From assembly GCA_003518365.1 (NCBI GenBank), contig DOYU01000010.1, positions 1,938-65,937 of the forward strand: a DNA stretch of 64,000 nucleotides, read 5' to 3'. The stretch is from Candidatus Magasanikiibacteriota bacterium (lineage in GTDB: Bacteria > Patescibacteriota > Patescibacteriia > Magasanikbacterales > UBA922). The notes under the pieces are model-generated. The model ran no database searches. It was not told the origin of the DNA and saw only the letters and a list, made by a program, of their open reading frames with translations. Position numbers and translations under genes: made by a program. This document shows positions 1-9,090 of this stretch, in pieces; positions within the stretch are counted from its first letter, which is position 1, and each line of letters starts with the position of its first letter.

Positions 1-38
1 ACGATTATTCCAGTGGTGTTCTTCGAACCGGTCTTTCC

Positions 39-788
39 ATGTTGATTATCACATTGCCTGTATTTCTTGGTACGAGAATATTTCTTGGAAAGATGTATAC
101 CAAGGAGCCAGAGAGAAAGGCGTTCAAAATGCGAAAGTGGCTCATGTATCTTACCTTGTTTATAGCAGCAATTATTGTGATTGTGACGCTCATCACTGTT
201 GTGAATGCATTTCTCTCCGGTGAAATCACGAGTAGATTTATTTTGAAAGCATTGGCAACGGTTGCCGTGGCAGCGCTGGTATTTTCGTATTACTTGCTTG
301 ATGTAAAGGATTCCCTCACAGTACAGAAACGACGTATATATTTGTGGTCGACGAGCATTGTGAGTATTGCATTCGTCGTCCTTACGTTTTTCGTTGTCGG
401 TTCTCCTACACAAGCGCGCTTGCAGCGGTTAGATAATGAGCGCGTGTCAGCACTCCAATCGATTCAATATCAAATAGAGTCATATTATGCAACAAACAAA
501 GAGCTCCCCGAATCGCTTGATGCCTTGAGTGCATTACCTGTTTACGATCGTGTCGAAAATAATTTTATTGACCCGACTACAGAAGAACAATATGGGTATC
601 GTGTAGGTGAGGGTGACAATTATATGCTCTGTGCGACTTTTGATACAAATACAGAAGATACCTCACGAACCGATGCAAACGACTTTTCAAGCCAAGACTG
701 GCAACACCCAGCAGGCGAGTACTGCTTTGCAAAAAGCGCGCCCTCGTTAGGAAATGACTTTCCTCCTGAAAAAACCATGGTTCAGTAA
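39..788 (+). CDS. hypothetical membrane protein (N-terminal TM helices, C-terminal soluble domain)
   Basis: Long ORF with hydrophobic N-terminal segments; no recognizable catalytic motif; followed by a hairpin terminator. Confidence 0.5.
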   Translation: MLIITLPVFLGTRIFLGKMYTKEPERKAFKMRKWLMYLTLFIAAIIVIVTLITVVNAFLSGEITSRFILKALATVAVAALVFSYYLLDVKDSLTVQKRRIYLWSTSIVSIAFVVLTFFVVGSPTQARLQRLDNERVSALQSIQYQIESYYATNKELPESLDALSALPVYDRVENNFIDPTTEEQYGYRVGEGDNYMLCATFDTNTEDTSRTDANDFSSQDWQHPAGEYCFAKSAPSLGNDFPPEKTMVQ

Positions 789-807
789 AAAACCTCTATA
801 AAAACGA

Positions 808-842
808 AGACCCGACCGCATGATGCGCTGTCGGGTCTTTTC
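808..842 (+). terminator. rho-independent terminator (9-bp stem agacccgac/gtcgggtct followed by T-run)
   Basis: Perfect 9-bp inverted repeat followed by tctttt immediately after the stop of ORF 39..788. Confidence 0.6.
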
Positions 843-1052
843 GACTCGGGGGCGCTGCGGACGGGCTTTGAGCAGGTCTCGGGACCGGCTAAGTCTCCTT
901 GATTGGTTGGGGCATTCCTTTTTCCTCCGTGGGATCGAAATGTAGTGGCAGTTTACTTTATAAAACAGTTTTTAGTCAATACTAGGCATTTGACCCATAC
1001 ATCAAGTTGAAATGTGTCGCCTGGAGTGATAAGCTGTACACCATACGCATCT

Positions 1053-4016
1053 ATGAAAAAAACACTGCATACTGCACAGCAAGACGCGGTAGACTATATC
1101 GATGGTCCGCTTTTGATTGTGGCAGGAGCAGGGACTGGAAAGACCACGGTGGTGACAGAAAAGATTGCAAGGCTGATCGATGATGGGAAAGCGACTCCGG
1201 AAGAAATTCTCGCTCTTACGTTTACAGAAAAGGCAGCCGCAGAAATGCAAGATCGTGTTGATGATCTGGTGTCACTCGGCTACACAGAAATGCAGATCAG
1301 CACATTTCATAGTTTTTGTCAGAAAATTCTCGAACAATACGGACTTGAAATTGGACTCCCAGATCGGTTCAAACTTTTGACTGAAACAGATGCGTGGCTG
1401 CTCATGAAAAAACATTTGTACGATTTCAAGCTTGATTATTATAGACCACTTGGCAATCCTTCCCGCCATATCCATGCACTCCTCACACACTTCAGCAAAT
1501 GCAAAGATGAATTAATCGCACCAGAAGATTATTTAGCATATGCAGAGAATGTCACACTTGACGGCGATACTACAGAGCAAGATGAAAAATCTCGATTGAC
1601 CGAACTAGCAAACACATATCACGCCTACAATCAGCTTTTGCTCGACAATCAAGCTATGGATTTTGGGGATTTAATTTTTTATACAGTAACACTCTTACGA
1701 GAACGACCTCAGATAAAGAAAAAATTGCAGCAGCAATTCAAGTACGTCCTCATCGATGAATTTCAAGATGTGAATTATGCACAATATGAGCTTGTGCAGC
1801 TTTTGACAGATAGTCCGGATGTCCAACTCACTGTGGTGGGGGATGACGATCAGAGTATCTATGCATTTCGTGGTGCAAGTGTGAGCAATATCCTGCGTTT
1901 TAAAGATGATTATCATGATGCAAAAGAAGTCGTGCTCACAGAGAATTATCGTTCTGGTCAGGCAATTTTAGATAGCGCCTACACGCTTATTCAACACAAC
2001 AACCCGGATAGACTTGAAGAAAAACTTGGTATTGAAAAAAAATTGCACGCAGCAAATGAGATTGACGCTGCAGTGACACATCTTCATGCCGCAACGCTTG
2101 ATGACGAAGTTGCTTCTGTTGTTCAACAGATACAGCAAATACAACAAACAGATAAAGATGTCACCTGGGACGATATCGCTATTTTGGTACGTGCGAATAA
2201 CCACGCAACTGTATTTATGGAGGCGCTCACCCTGGCTGGAATTCCCTATGAATTTTTGAGTTCTAGTGGATTGTATCGACAGAATATTGTGATCGATGCG
2301 GTCAATGTGTTTAAAGTCATGGATTCGTATAAGGATTCTGCTGCCATCTATCGCGTGCTCCAGATGCCATGCTTTGCATTTTCAGAGCGAGATATGCATG
2401 AGTTTTTGAGCTTTGCGAAGAAAAATTCACTGCCATATTACGAAGCGCTAAAACGGACTGATGAAATTATTCTTTCAAAAGAAGCAAAAGATACATGTAA
2501 AAAGATTGTCAAATTAATGACGTCCAGCATAAAGAAAGCAAGATTTGAAAAACCGACAACAGTATTGCATCATTTTTTTGAAGAAAGTGGCTATTTTACG
2601 TATCTCACAAAGGAAGAAGAAAAAGGAAATAGAGATGTAATACGTTCTATCGCGCATCTCAAACAATTTTTTGATTATATTCACGCGTACGAACTGACGG
2701 GTGGACATATTGATGTGAGAAGTTTTTTGGAATATTTTAACGACGTGCTCGAGAGTGGTGACAATGGAAAAGTGTATCAACCCAGTGATACGCCAGACTC
2801 CGTCAATATCATGACCGTACACGCATCAAAAGGACTCGAATTCCAATACGTTTTTGTTGTAAACTGTGTCGAAGAGAGGTTTCCAACACGACGCAAGGGC
2901 GGTGATATAGAATTGCCAGATGAACTCGTAAAAGAAGTGTTGCCAGAAGGGGATTATCATTATCAGGAAGAACGCCGTCTTTTCTACGTTGCCATGACAC
3001 GCGCAAAGAAGCAGCTCTTTCTCACCAGTGCCGACGATTATGGCGGATCAAGAAAAAAGAAAGTATCAAGGTTTGTCGCAGAAACAGGTGACACACTCGC
3101 AGCAGGACAATTTCCAATTTCTCCGACCGAGGCTGATCCCGCTTTGCGGGACAATTTCCAATCATTCATGGCAGGAAAGGCAAACAAGAATGATGAACAA
3201 CCTATTTTTGAAGGTCTATACAAACTCCCCAAAACATTCTCCTTTTCCCAAATCCGCGCATTCCAAGTCTGCCCGTATCAATACAAAATTTCGTATATTC
3301 TTAAAATCCCAATGAAAGGGTCGCATTATTTTAGTTTTGGAAATTCCATCCATCTGACCATGCAACGATTCTACGAGCGTGTGCAACAGCTCAATAGTGT
3401 CACGCAAGGATCATTATTTGATCTTGCGCCAGTTCCTGAGAAAAAAGAGGAAGGCATTGTTGTTCCTGCGCTCGATGAATTACTTACCATCTACGAAGGC
3501 GCGTGGATAGGGGATTGGTATCAGGATGAACGCCAGCGAACATGCTATCATGAAAAAGGGAAAGAACTTTTGAAAACGTTTTACAAAAAAAATGAAAATA
3601 ATTGGACCATTCCCGTGGCGCTGGAAGGTGGGTTTCGAATCAAAGTTGGAAAGCATGTTATTACTGGAAAGATAGACCGTGTTGATCAGCTTCCTGACGG
3701 AACGCTTGCAATCATAGATTATAAAACAGGCGCACCAAAAGAAAAACTCGATACAGATGATAAACAACAACTCTTGCTCTACCAAAAAGCTGCAACAGAG
3801 CTGCCACAATATCGAAATATCGGTCCTACAAGTAATCTTGTCTATTACTATATTGCCGACGATATAGAGACATCGTTTCTGGGTACAGAAAAAGAACTTG
3901 CTTCATTTGAGGATAAGATCCTGAAAACGCTCGATGAAATGCATGACACTGATTTCCGAAAGATTTCACGAGAAGATGGATGTGGACGCTGTGATGTATG
4001 TACGTCACTTATATGA
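1053..4016 (+). CDS. UvrD/PcrA-like SF1 helicase fused to C-terminal RecB/AddB/Cas4-like PD-(D/E)XK nuclease with Cys cluster
   Basis: Walker A GAGTGKT near N-terminus; UvrD-like motifs (DEFQD, VGDDDQSIY, TVHASKGLEF); C-terminal IIDYKTG nuclease motif and terminal CGRCDVC cysteines. Start moved to ATG 1053 (MKKTLH). Confidence 0.85.
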   Translation: MKKTLHTAQQDAVDYIDGPLLIVAGAGTGKTTVVTEKIARLIDDGKATPEEILALTFTEKAAAEMQDRVDDLVSLGYTEMQISTFHSFCQKILEQYGLEIGLPDRFKLLTETDAWLLMKKHLYDFKLDYYRPLGNPSRHIHALLTHFSKCKDELIAPEDYLAYAENVTLDGDTTEQDEKSRLTELANTYHAYNQLLLDNQAMDFGDLIFYTVTLLRERPQIKKKLQQQFKYVLIDEFQDVNYAQYELVQLLTDSPDVQLTVVGDDDQSIYAFRGASVSNILRFKDDYHDAKEVVLTENYRSGQAILDSAYTLIQHNNPDRLEEKLGIEKKLHAANEIDAAVTHLHAATLDDEVASVVQQIQQIQQTDKDVTWDDIAILVRANNHATVFMEALTLAGIPYEFLSSSGLYRQNIVIDAVNVFKVMDSYKDSAAIYRVLQMPCFAFSERDMHEFLSFAKKNSLPYYEALKRTDEIILSKEAKDTCKKIVKLMTSSIKKARFEKPTTVLHHFFEESGYFTYLTKEEEKGNRDVIRSIAHLKQFFDYIHAYELTGGHIDVRSFLEYFNDVLESGDNGKVYQPSDTPDSVNIMTVHASKGLEFQYVFVVNCVEERFPTRRKGGDIELPDELVKEVLPEGDYHYQEERRLFYVAMTRAKKQLFLTSADDYGGSRKKKVSRFVAETGDTLAAGQFPISPTEADPALRDNFQSFMAGKANKNDEQPIFEGLYKLPKTFSFSQIRAFQVCPYQYKISYILKIPMKGSHYFSFGNSIHLTMQRFYERVQQLNSVTQGSLFDLAPVPEKKEEGIVVPALDELLTIYEGAWIGDWYQDERQRTCYHEKGKELLKTFYKKNENNWTIPVALEGGFRIKVGKHVITGKIDRVDQLPDGTLAIIDYKTGAPKEKLDTDDKQQLLLYQKAATELPQYRNIGPTSNLVYYYIADDIETSFLGTEKELASFEDKILKTLDEMHDTDFRKISREDGCGRCDVCTSLI

Positions 4017-4528
4017 TCTATTGGATTGTCGTCATTCCAGCGTTTGGTGTCATTTTATTTATTGGGATATTTTCTTTTTGGAATCTGTATGCCATTGTAC
4101 GCGGGGCTCCATTTGTTCCCTCGGCAGCAAAACGAGTTGCGGCAATGATATCAGTTGCGCAGCTCCAAAAAACAGATGTACTCCTAGATCTAGGTTCTGG
4201 AGATGGCAGGATTGTGAGACGAGTCGCGCCGCTCGTACTCGAAGCGCGTGGTATAGAAATCAATCCCTCGCTTGTGCTCTGGTCCAGATTCATGAATGTG
4301 CTACTCCGAAAGAAAAAGATATACATTCACTGTGCAGATTTTTGGAACTACAATATTGCGGATGTGGATGTCCTATTTGTCTATTGCATTGATAGCAAAA
4401 TGAATCGACTCGAAGCAAAAATACAAAAAGAAATGAAGCCCGGATCTCGCGTGGTCTCAAACGGGTTCATATTCCCAGCTTGGACGCCTGCGAAGGAAGT
4501 GGATGGGGTGCGGTTATACCTGCTGTGA
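3998..4528 (+). CDS. small class I SAM-dependent methyltransferase with N-terminal TM segment
   Basis: Motif I LDLGSGDGR; N-terminal hydrophobic stretch; overlaps helicase stop by a few codons, start uncertain. Confidence 0.6.
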   Translation: MYVTYMIYWIVVIPAFGVILFIGIFSFWNLYAIVRGAPFVPSAAKRVAAMISVAQLQKTDVLLDLGSGDGRIVRRVAPLVLEARGIEINPSLVLWSRFMNVLLRKKKIYIHCADFWNYNIADVDVLFVYCIDSKMNRLEAKIQKEMKPGSRVVSNGFIFPAWTPAKEVDGVRLYLL

Positions 4529-4618
4529 CTTCTGATTTGAGTGTGCTATAGTATACGTAAAGAATTCAAAATAACCAAGAATTGGACAAAGTATTAGAAA
4601 TTAGGTGAATTAGTAATT

Positions 4619-4933
4619 TTGAATTTGGTATCTATGTCGTTTACACCACTTGGAGATGCCCTCCATGATAAAATCAAGAATGACCCCGCACTTCAGAGTC
4701 AGATCGATTCTACGGAGGCTATTGAGATCGCAAATGAGGTTTTTATGGAATTATTTGGGGAAGAGCTCGCTCCGCATGCAAAACCACTTTTTTTGAAAAA
4801 TCGTACTTTGACTGTGTCTTGTACCAGCTCTGCCATGGCAAATGAAATTCGGCTCAATCAGGCAAAAATTGTAGATACAGTAAATAAGAAAATGGGGAAG
4901 AATGAAGTCGATAGGATTCGGTATTTGGCCTGA
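4619..4933 (+). CDS. DUF721 (DciA-like) family protein
   Basis: C-terminal pattern LTVSCTSSAMANEIRLNQAKIVDTVNKKMG..VDRIRY resembles the DUF721 signature (LxVxxxSxWxxEL...K...IRF). Confidence 0.55.
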   Translation: MNLVSMSFTPLGDALHDKIKNDPALQSQIDSTEAIEIANEVFMELFGEELAPHAKPLFLKNRTLTVSCTSSAMANEIRLNQAKIVDTVNKKMGKNEVDRIRYLA

Positions 4934-4957
4934 TTGACAGTCACAACCTTCTCAATG

Positions 4958-4986
4958 CAAGCCCTTGCCGAAAAGGGTTTTTTTCG
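4958..4986 (+). terminator. putative rho-independent terminator
   Basis: ccctt-gccgaa-aaggg hairpin followed by tttttttcg. Confidence 0.5.
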
Positions 4987-5001
4987 TTAGAATGGGTACA
5001 T

Positions 5002-5418
5002 ATGACTATTCGTCAATTTATCACAATCATGGTTTTTGGTACCCTCATGTGTTGGTCTGGGTGGGGCGTTGTGTTATGGAATATTGATCCTTACGAAGCT
5101 GGAGTACTCAGTTTTTTGTTTTTCTATATTACACTGTTTTTGGCATTAACCGGGACTATCTCAACAGCTCTCTATACAGTGTATCACTTTTTTGGCGACG
5201 TGCAGGTTCCTGTATTCCGCTATGTCCAAAAAAGTATGGGCTATGGACTCATTGTATCTTCTCTTGTTGTATTTATTATCCTGGCTCAGATGTTTCGATT
5301 ACTTAATGTATGGAGCATCTCATTGCTTGTCCTTATCGCTGCATTCTTTATCTCACTCAAGCTCTCGAGACGACGACCGTATATTCCAACATATGAACCA
5401 GAGACAAACAGATTCTAA
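5002..5418 (+). CDS. hypothetical polytopic membrane protein
   Basis: 138-aa ORF, mostly hydrophobic helices. Confidence 0.45.
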   Translation: MTIRQFITIMVFGTLMCWSGWGVVLWNIDPYEAGVLSFLFFYITLFLALTGTISTALYTVYHFFGDVQVPVFRYVQKSMGYGLIVSSLVVFIILAQMFRLLNVWSISLLVLIAAFFISLKLSRRRPYIPTYEPETNRF

Positions 5419-5436
5419 TAGCTGAACATAATTTTT

Positions 5437-6684
5437 ATGAGACAATCATCCCTGTTCACCAAAACAAAGAAAGAAGTACCAAAAGATGAAGCCGCAAAAA
5501 ATGCGCAGTTGCTTATAAAGGCTGGCTTTATTTATAAAGAAATGGCAGGCGTCTATGCATATCTGCCACTTGGGCTTCGTGTCCTCGAAAAGATAAAACA
5601 AATTGTGAGGGAGGAAATGAATGCCATTGGGGGGCAGGAATTCATCATGTCTGCGATTCAACGAAAAGAACTGTGGGAAAAAACTGACCGATGGAGCGAT
5701 GACAATGTCGATGTGTGGTTTAAGTCTGCGTTAAAAAATGGTACTGAAATCGGATTTGGATGGTCACATGAAGAACCTATTACAGAGTTGATGAAACAAT
5801 ATCTGACCAGTTATCGTGATTTGCCTACGTATGTATATCAATTTCAGACAAAACTTCGTAATGAATTGAGAGCAAAAAGTGGTATCATGCGGGGAAGAGA
5901 ATTTATCATGAAGGATATGTATTCATATTCCTTGAATCCTGAACAACATCAAAAATTTTATGATGCTGTTATAGAAGCATATCTGAAAGTATTTTCCCGA
6001 GTTGGCCTTGGTGAAGATACATATGTAACATTTGCAACAGGTGGAGCATTCACACAATTTAGCCATGAATTTCAGACAATTACTGACGCGGGTGAGGATG
6101 TCATTTATGTGAATAGGGAAAAGCATATTGCCGTGAATGAAGAAGTCATGAGCGACAAAGTTCTCGAAGAACTTGGAGTTACAAAAGAAGAACTTGAAAA
6201 AGTAAAAACGGCGGAAGTAGGGAATATCTTTAATTTTGGTACAGTAAAATGTGAGCAACTTGGATTGTCTATTGTCGATGCACAGGGGCAATCAGTCCCA
6301 GTCCATCTTGGCTCCTACGGAATTGGTATTACTCGACTTATGGGAGTCATCGTAGAACATTTTTCTGATGAAAAGGGTATCGTATGGCCAAAAGAAGTGG
6401 CACCATTTCAAGTCCATCTCGTATCACTCTGTAAGGAAGAAGCTGATGTCGCGAAAGCTGACGCACTATACAAGGAGTTGCAAGGCGCTGGTGTAGAAGT
6501 TCTCTACGATGATCGAGATGTTCGACCAGGTGAAAAATTTGCTGACAGCGATCTCATGGGAATGCCACTGCGTATTGTGATCAGTCCGCGCTCACTCGAG
6601 AGTGGACAAGTGGAATTCAAATATCGTGCATCTGGAGAAGAAACAATGGTTGCTTTCGAACAAGTTGTATCAGAATTGAACTAA
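5437..6684 (+). CDS. proS: prolyl-tRNA synthetase (short form lacking editing domain)
   Basis: Class II aaRS motifs (RGREFIMKDMYSYS); ProRS-like N-terminus LLIKAGFI..GVYAYLPLG. Confidence 0.9.
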   Translation: MRQSSLFTKTKKEVPKDEAAKNAQLLIKAGFIYKEMAGVYAYLPLGLRVLEKIKQIVREEMNAIGGQEFIMSAIQRKELWEKTDRWSDDNVDVWFKSALKNGTEIGFGWSHEEPITELMKQYLTSYRDLPTYVYQFQTKLRNELRAKSGIMRGREFIMKDMYSYSLNPEQHQKFYDAVIEAYLKVFSRVGLGEDTYVTFATGGAFTQFSHEFQTITDAGEDVIYVNREKHIAVNEEVMSDKVLEELGVTKEELEKVKTAEVGNIFNFGTVKCEQLGLSIVDAQGQSVPVHLGSYGIGITRLMGVIVEHFSDEKGIVWPKEVAPFQVHLVSLCKEEADVAKADALYKELQGAGVEVLYDDRDVRPGEKFADSDLMGMPLRIVISPRSLESGQVEFKYRASGEETMVAFEQVVSELN

Positions 6685-6687
6685 GCT

Positions 6688-7731
6688 ATGTTCAAAAATT
6701 TTACACAAAGATTTAGTCGCGATATTGGTATTGATCTTGGCACGGCCAACACCCTTGTCTACATCCCAGAGAAAGGTATTGTTGTTGATGAACCCTCGGT
6801 TGTCGCGATTCATAATAAAACAGGGCAGATTCTTGCGGTGGGGAATGAAGCAAAGTACATGATCGGAAAGACGCCACCCCATATTACGGTCACAAAACCG
6901 CTCAGTCATGGGGTCATCTCAGACTATGAAGTGACCGAAAAGATGTTGAAATATTTTATTGATAAAGTGCACGAAGACAGTCGTTCGTTTATGACACGCC
7001 CTAGGGTCGTCGTCTGTGTGCCCCTCGAAGTCACAGAGGTAGAGGTAAAAGCTGTAGAAGATGCAGCAGTGGCAGCAGGGGCAAAAGAAGTTCATGTGGT
7101 CCAAGAGCCAATGGCCGCGGCGATTGGTGTACGCATGCCCATTCAAGATCCTGTGGGGAATATGATTATTGATATTGGTGGGGGAAACACGGACGTTGCG
7201 GTGATTTCTTTGAGTGGCATTGTGACATGGAAATCCACAGAAATAGCAGGAGATGAAATGAATAAAAATATTGTTCAGTACGCACGAGAAGTATTCAATC
7301 TTCTGATTGGAGAGACCTATGCTGAGCAAATGAAGATAAAAATTGGATCAGCAATACTTTCTCCTGAACGTATGGAATTTCCTATGCGTGGTCGGGATGT
7401 TGTCAGTGGATTGCCAAGAGAGATCATGGTGACAAATGAACATATTCATGAGGCATTGGAACGTTCTGTAAATACCATTATTAGCCTTATAAAAACCACT
7501 TTGGAGCAAACACCGCCAGAATTGACGGCAGATATTCATGAGCGAGGCGTACTACTTACAGGTGGTGGGGCGATGCTTCGGGCGCTTGACACGATCATTG
7601 CTCGTGCTATCGAGATCCCTGTCCGAGTATCGAGTGATCCACTGACGGATGTAGTACGAGGTACCGGTATTCTTCTCGAAGATAGAGAGTTACTAAAGGA
7701 AATAGAATTGCCATCTGCTCGCGTGGCATAA
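6688..7731 (+). CDS. mreB: rod shape-determining protein MreB
   Basis: Actin-like ATPase motifs GIDLGTANTLVY, DIGGGNTDVAV. Confidence 0.9.
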   Translation: MFKNFTQRFSRDIGIDLGTANTLVYIPEKGIVVDEPSVVAIHNKTGQILAVGNEAKYMIGKTPPHITVTKPLSHGVISDYEVTEKMLKYFIDKVHEDSRSFMTRPRVVVCVPLEVTEVEVKAVEDAAVAAGAKEVHVVQEPMAAAIGVRMPIQDPVGNMIIDIGGGNTDVAVISLSGIVTWKSTEIAGDEMNKNIVQYAREVFNLLIGETYAEQMKIKIGSAILSPERMEFPMRGRDVVSGLPREIMVTNEHIHEALERSVNTIISLIKTTLEQTPPELTADIHERGVLLTGGGAMLRALDTIIARAIEIPVRVSSDPLTDVVRGTGILLEDRELLKEIELPSARVA

Positions 7732-7756
7732 TATCTATCCTTTTACGTATGTTATT

Positions 7757-8575
7757 ATGAATAGTCCTCGTTTTTTTAGGTCATTTCTTTGGTTGACAGT
7801 GCTTCTCTTAGTCGTTGTCATTTTGCATATTTCAGGCGTACTCCATTTTATCGAAACGCCTCTTACCAGAATGTTGTACAAGGGAAGTCAAGCCCTCTAC
7901 ACGCTGACAATTACAGGAGAAGACGATGTGTATCTGAAGACACTCACTGGAGAGGAATTGCGTCAGGCATATATGGGACTGCAAGAACGATATAATAATA
8001 TCGTCGTCGATGTTGCGCAGATAAAGGAATTGCAAAAAGAAAATGAAAATTTAAAGGAACAACTACAATTTTTTTCAGAAAAGGATTGGACATATTACAC
8101 TGGACGAGTCACAGGAAAGCAAATAAATCCGTTTGAAAGTACTATTTTAATGTATATCGACCATGCATCAGAGACAATTCCTGTCGGCGCGCCTGCGATT
8201 ACAAAGAGTGGCATATTTGTAGGAACAGTGGTGGCGGTTGATGGAAACATTATAAATATTCAGCTTCTGAACGATGGGCGAACGAAAGTTGGTGCATCAT
8301 TTTTGAATGATGAGCGAACCATCGGTGTAGCGGAAGGTGGGTATGGAAAAAGCATTCGAGTGAATTTTATTCCACAAAATGAGAAGATTGCAGCAGGGGA
8401 CATCGTGGTCACATCTGGACTCACACAGCTCATCCCGTATGGATTACCAATAGGCACAATAGAAACAGTAGAAAAAGAGCCGTATGAACCATTTCAAAGT
8501 GCAGTTTTGACACCACTTGCTGCACCAAATAGCTTAGAAGTCATTTCTATAATAGTAGAACAGATAGCAACATGA
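7757..8575 (+). CDS. mreC: rod shape-determining protein MreC
   Basis: N-terminal TM, coiled coil, beta-rich C-terminal domain; position between mreB and mreD. Confidence 0.75.
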   Translation: MNSPRFFRSFLWLTVLLLVVVILHISGVLHFIETPLTRMLYKGSQALYTLTITGEDDVYLKTLTGEELRQAYMGLQERYNNIVVDVAQIKELQKENENLKEQLQFFSEKDWTYYTGRVTGKQINPFESTILMYIDHASETIPVGAPAITKSGIFVGTVVAVDGNIINIQLLNDGRTKVGASFLNDERTIGVAEGGYGKSIRVNFIPQNEKIAAGDIVVTSGLTQLIPYGLPIGTIETVEKEPYEPFQSAVLTPLAAPNSLEVISIIVEQIAT

Positions 8576-9084
8576 AAACATTTTTTCATATACTCCAACT
8601 TTGTATTTTTGTCTTGCTATTGCTCATGATACAATTTGGTGCTAGTTATGTTCTCCCTTTTCCCTGGAATGCGTTGCATGTGCCAACAAGCATCACTGTT
8701 ATATATTTGATCATGAAAGAAAAAAGACGCATTATTTGGTATATGTTTGGATTCCTATTCCTTCTCGAGTTACTTGTTCCTTCTGAAATATTTGGGAGTC
8801 TGCTCATTCCGGGTGTGCTCAGTGCATTTATTGCATACTGGTGCCACAGATTTTTCTTTACCAATAGGTCACTATATACAGGTATACTATTGACGATTAT
8901 TGCATTATTGAGTTTTCATGTTGGGCAAATTGTATATCAGTTTTTTTCACATTTACTTATGTTGAGGATTGGGTATGTACCAAATGTTCATGTACGACTT
9001 CTTCTTGTTGAAGGAGGAATGACTCTGGGAATCAATATTGTTATACTATTTTTCCTTTTAAAAAGACATGTTCTGTTTGCCTAA
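8572..9084 (+). CDS. mreD: rod shape-determining protein MreD (membrane)
   Basis: 170-aa polytopic membrane ORF overlapping mreC stop by 4 nt, in canonical mreBCD order. Confidence 0.6.
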   Translation: MKTFFHILQLCIFVLLLLMIQFGASYVLPFPWNALHVPTSITVIYLIMKEKRRIIWYMFGFLFLLELLVPSEIFGSLLIPGVLSAFIAYWCHRFFFTNRSLYTGILLTIIALLSFHVGQIVYQFFSHLLMLRIGYVPNVHVRLLLVEGGMTLGINIVILFFLLKRHVLFA

Positions 9085-9090
9085 TCCTAT

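Noticed and set aside
840-960. SRP RNA / tmRNA / RNase P RNA in GC-rich intergenic stretches (840-960, 45894-46205)
   Set aside because: None of the conserved motifs I know were present (SRP domain IV GGAA...AGCAGC, tmRNA tag-reading frame and T-arm-like 3' end, RNase P P4 sequences).
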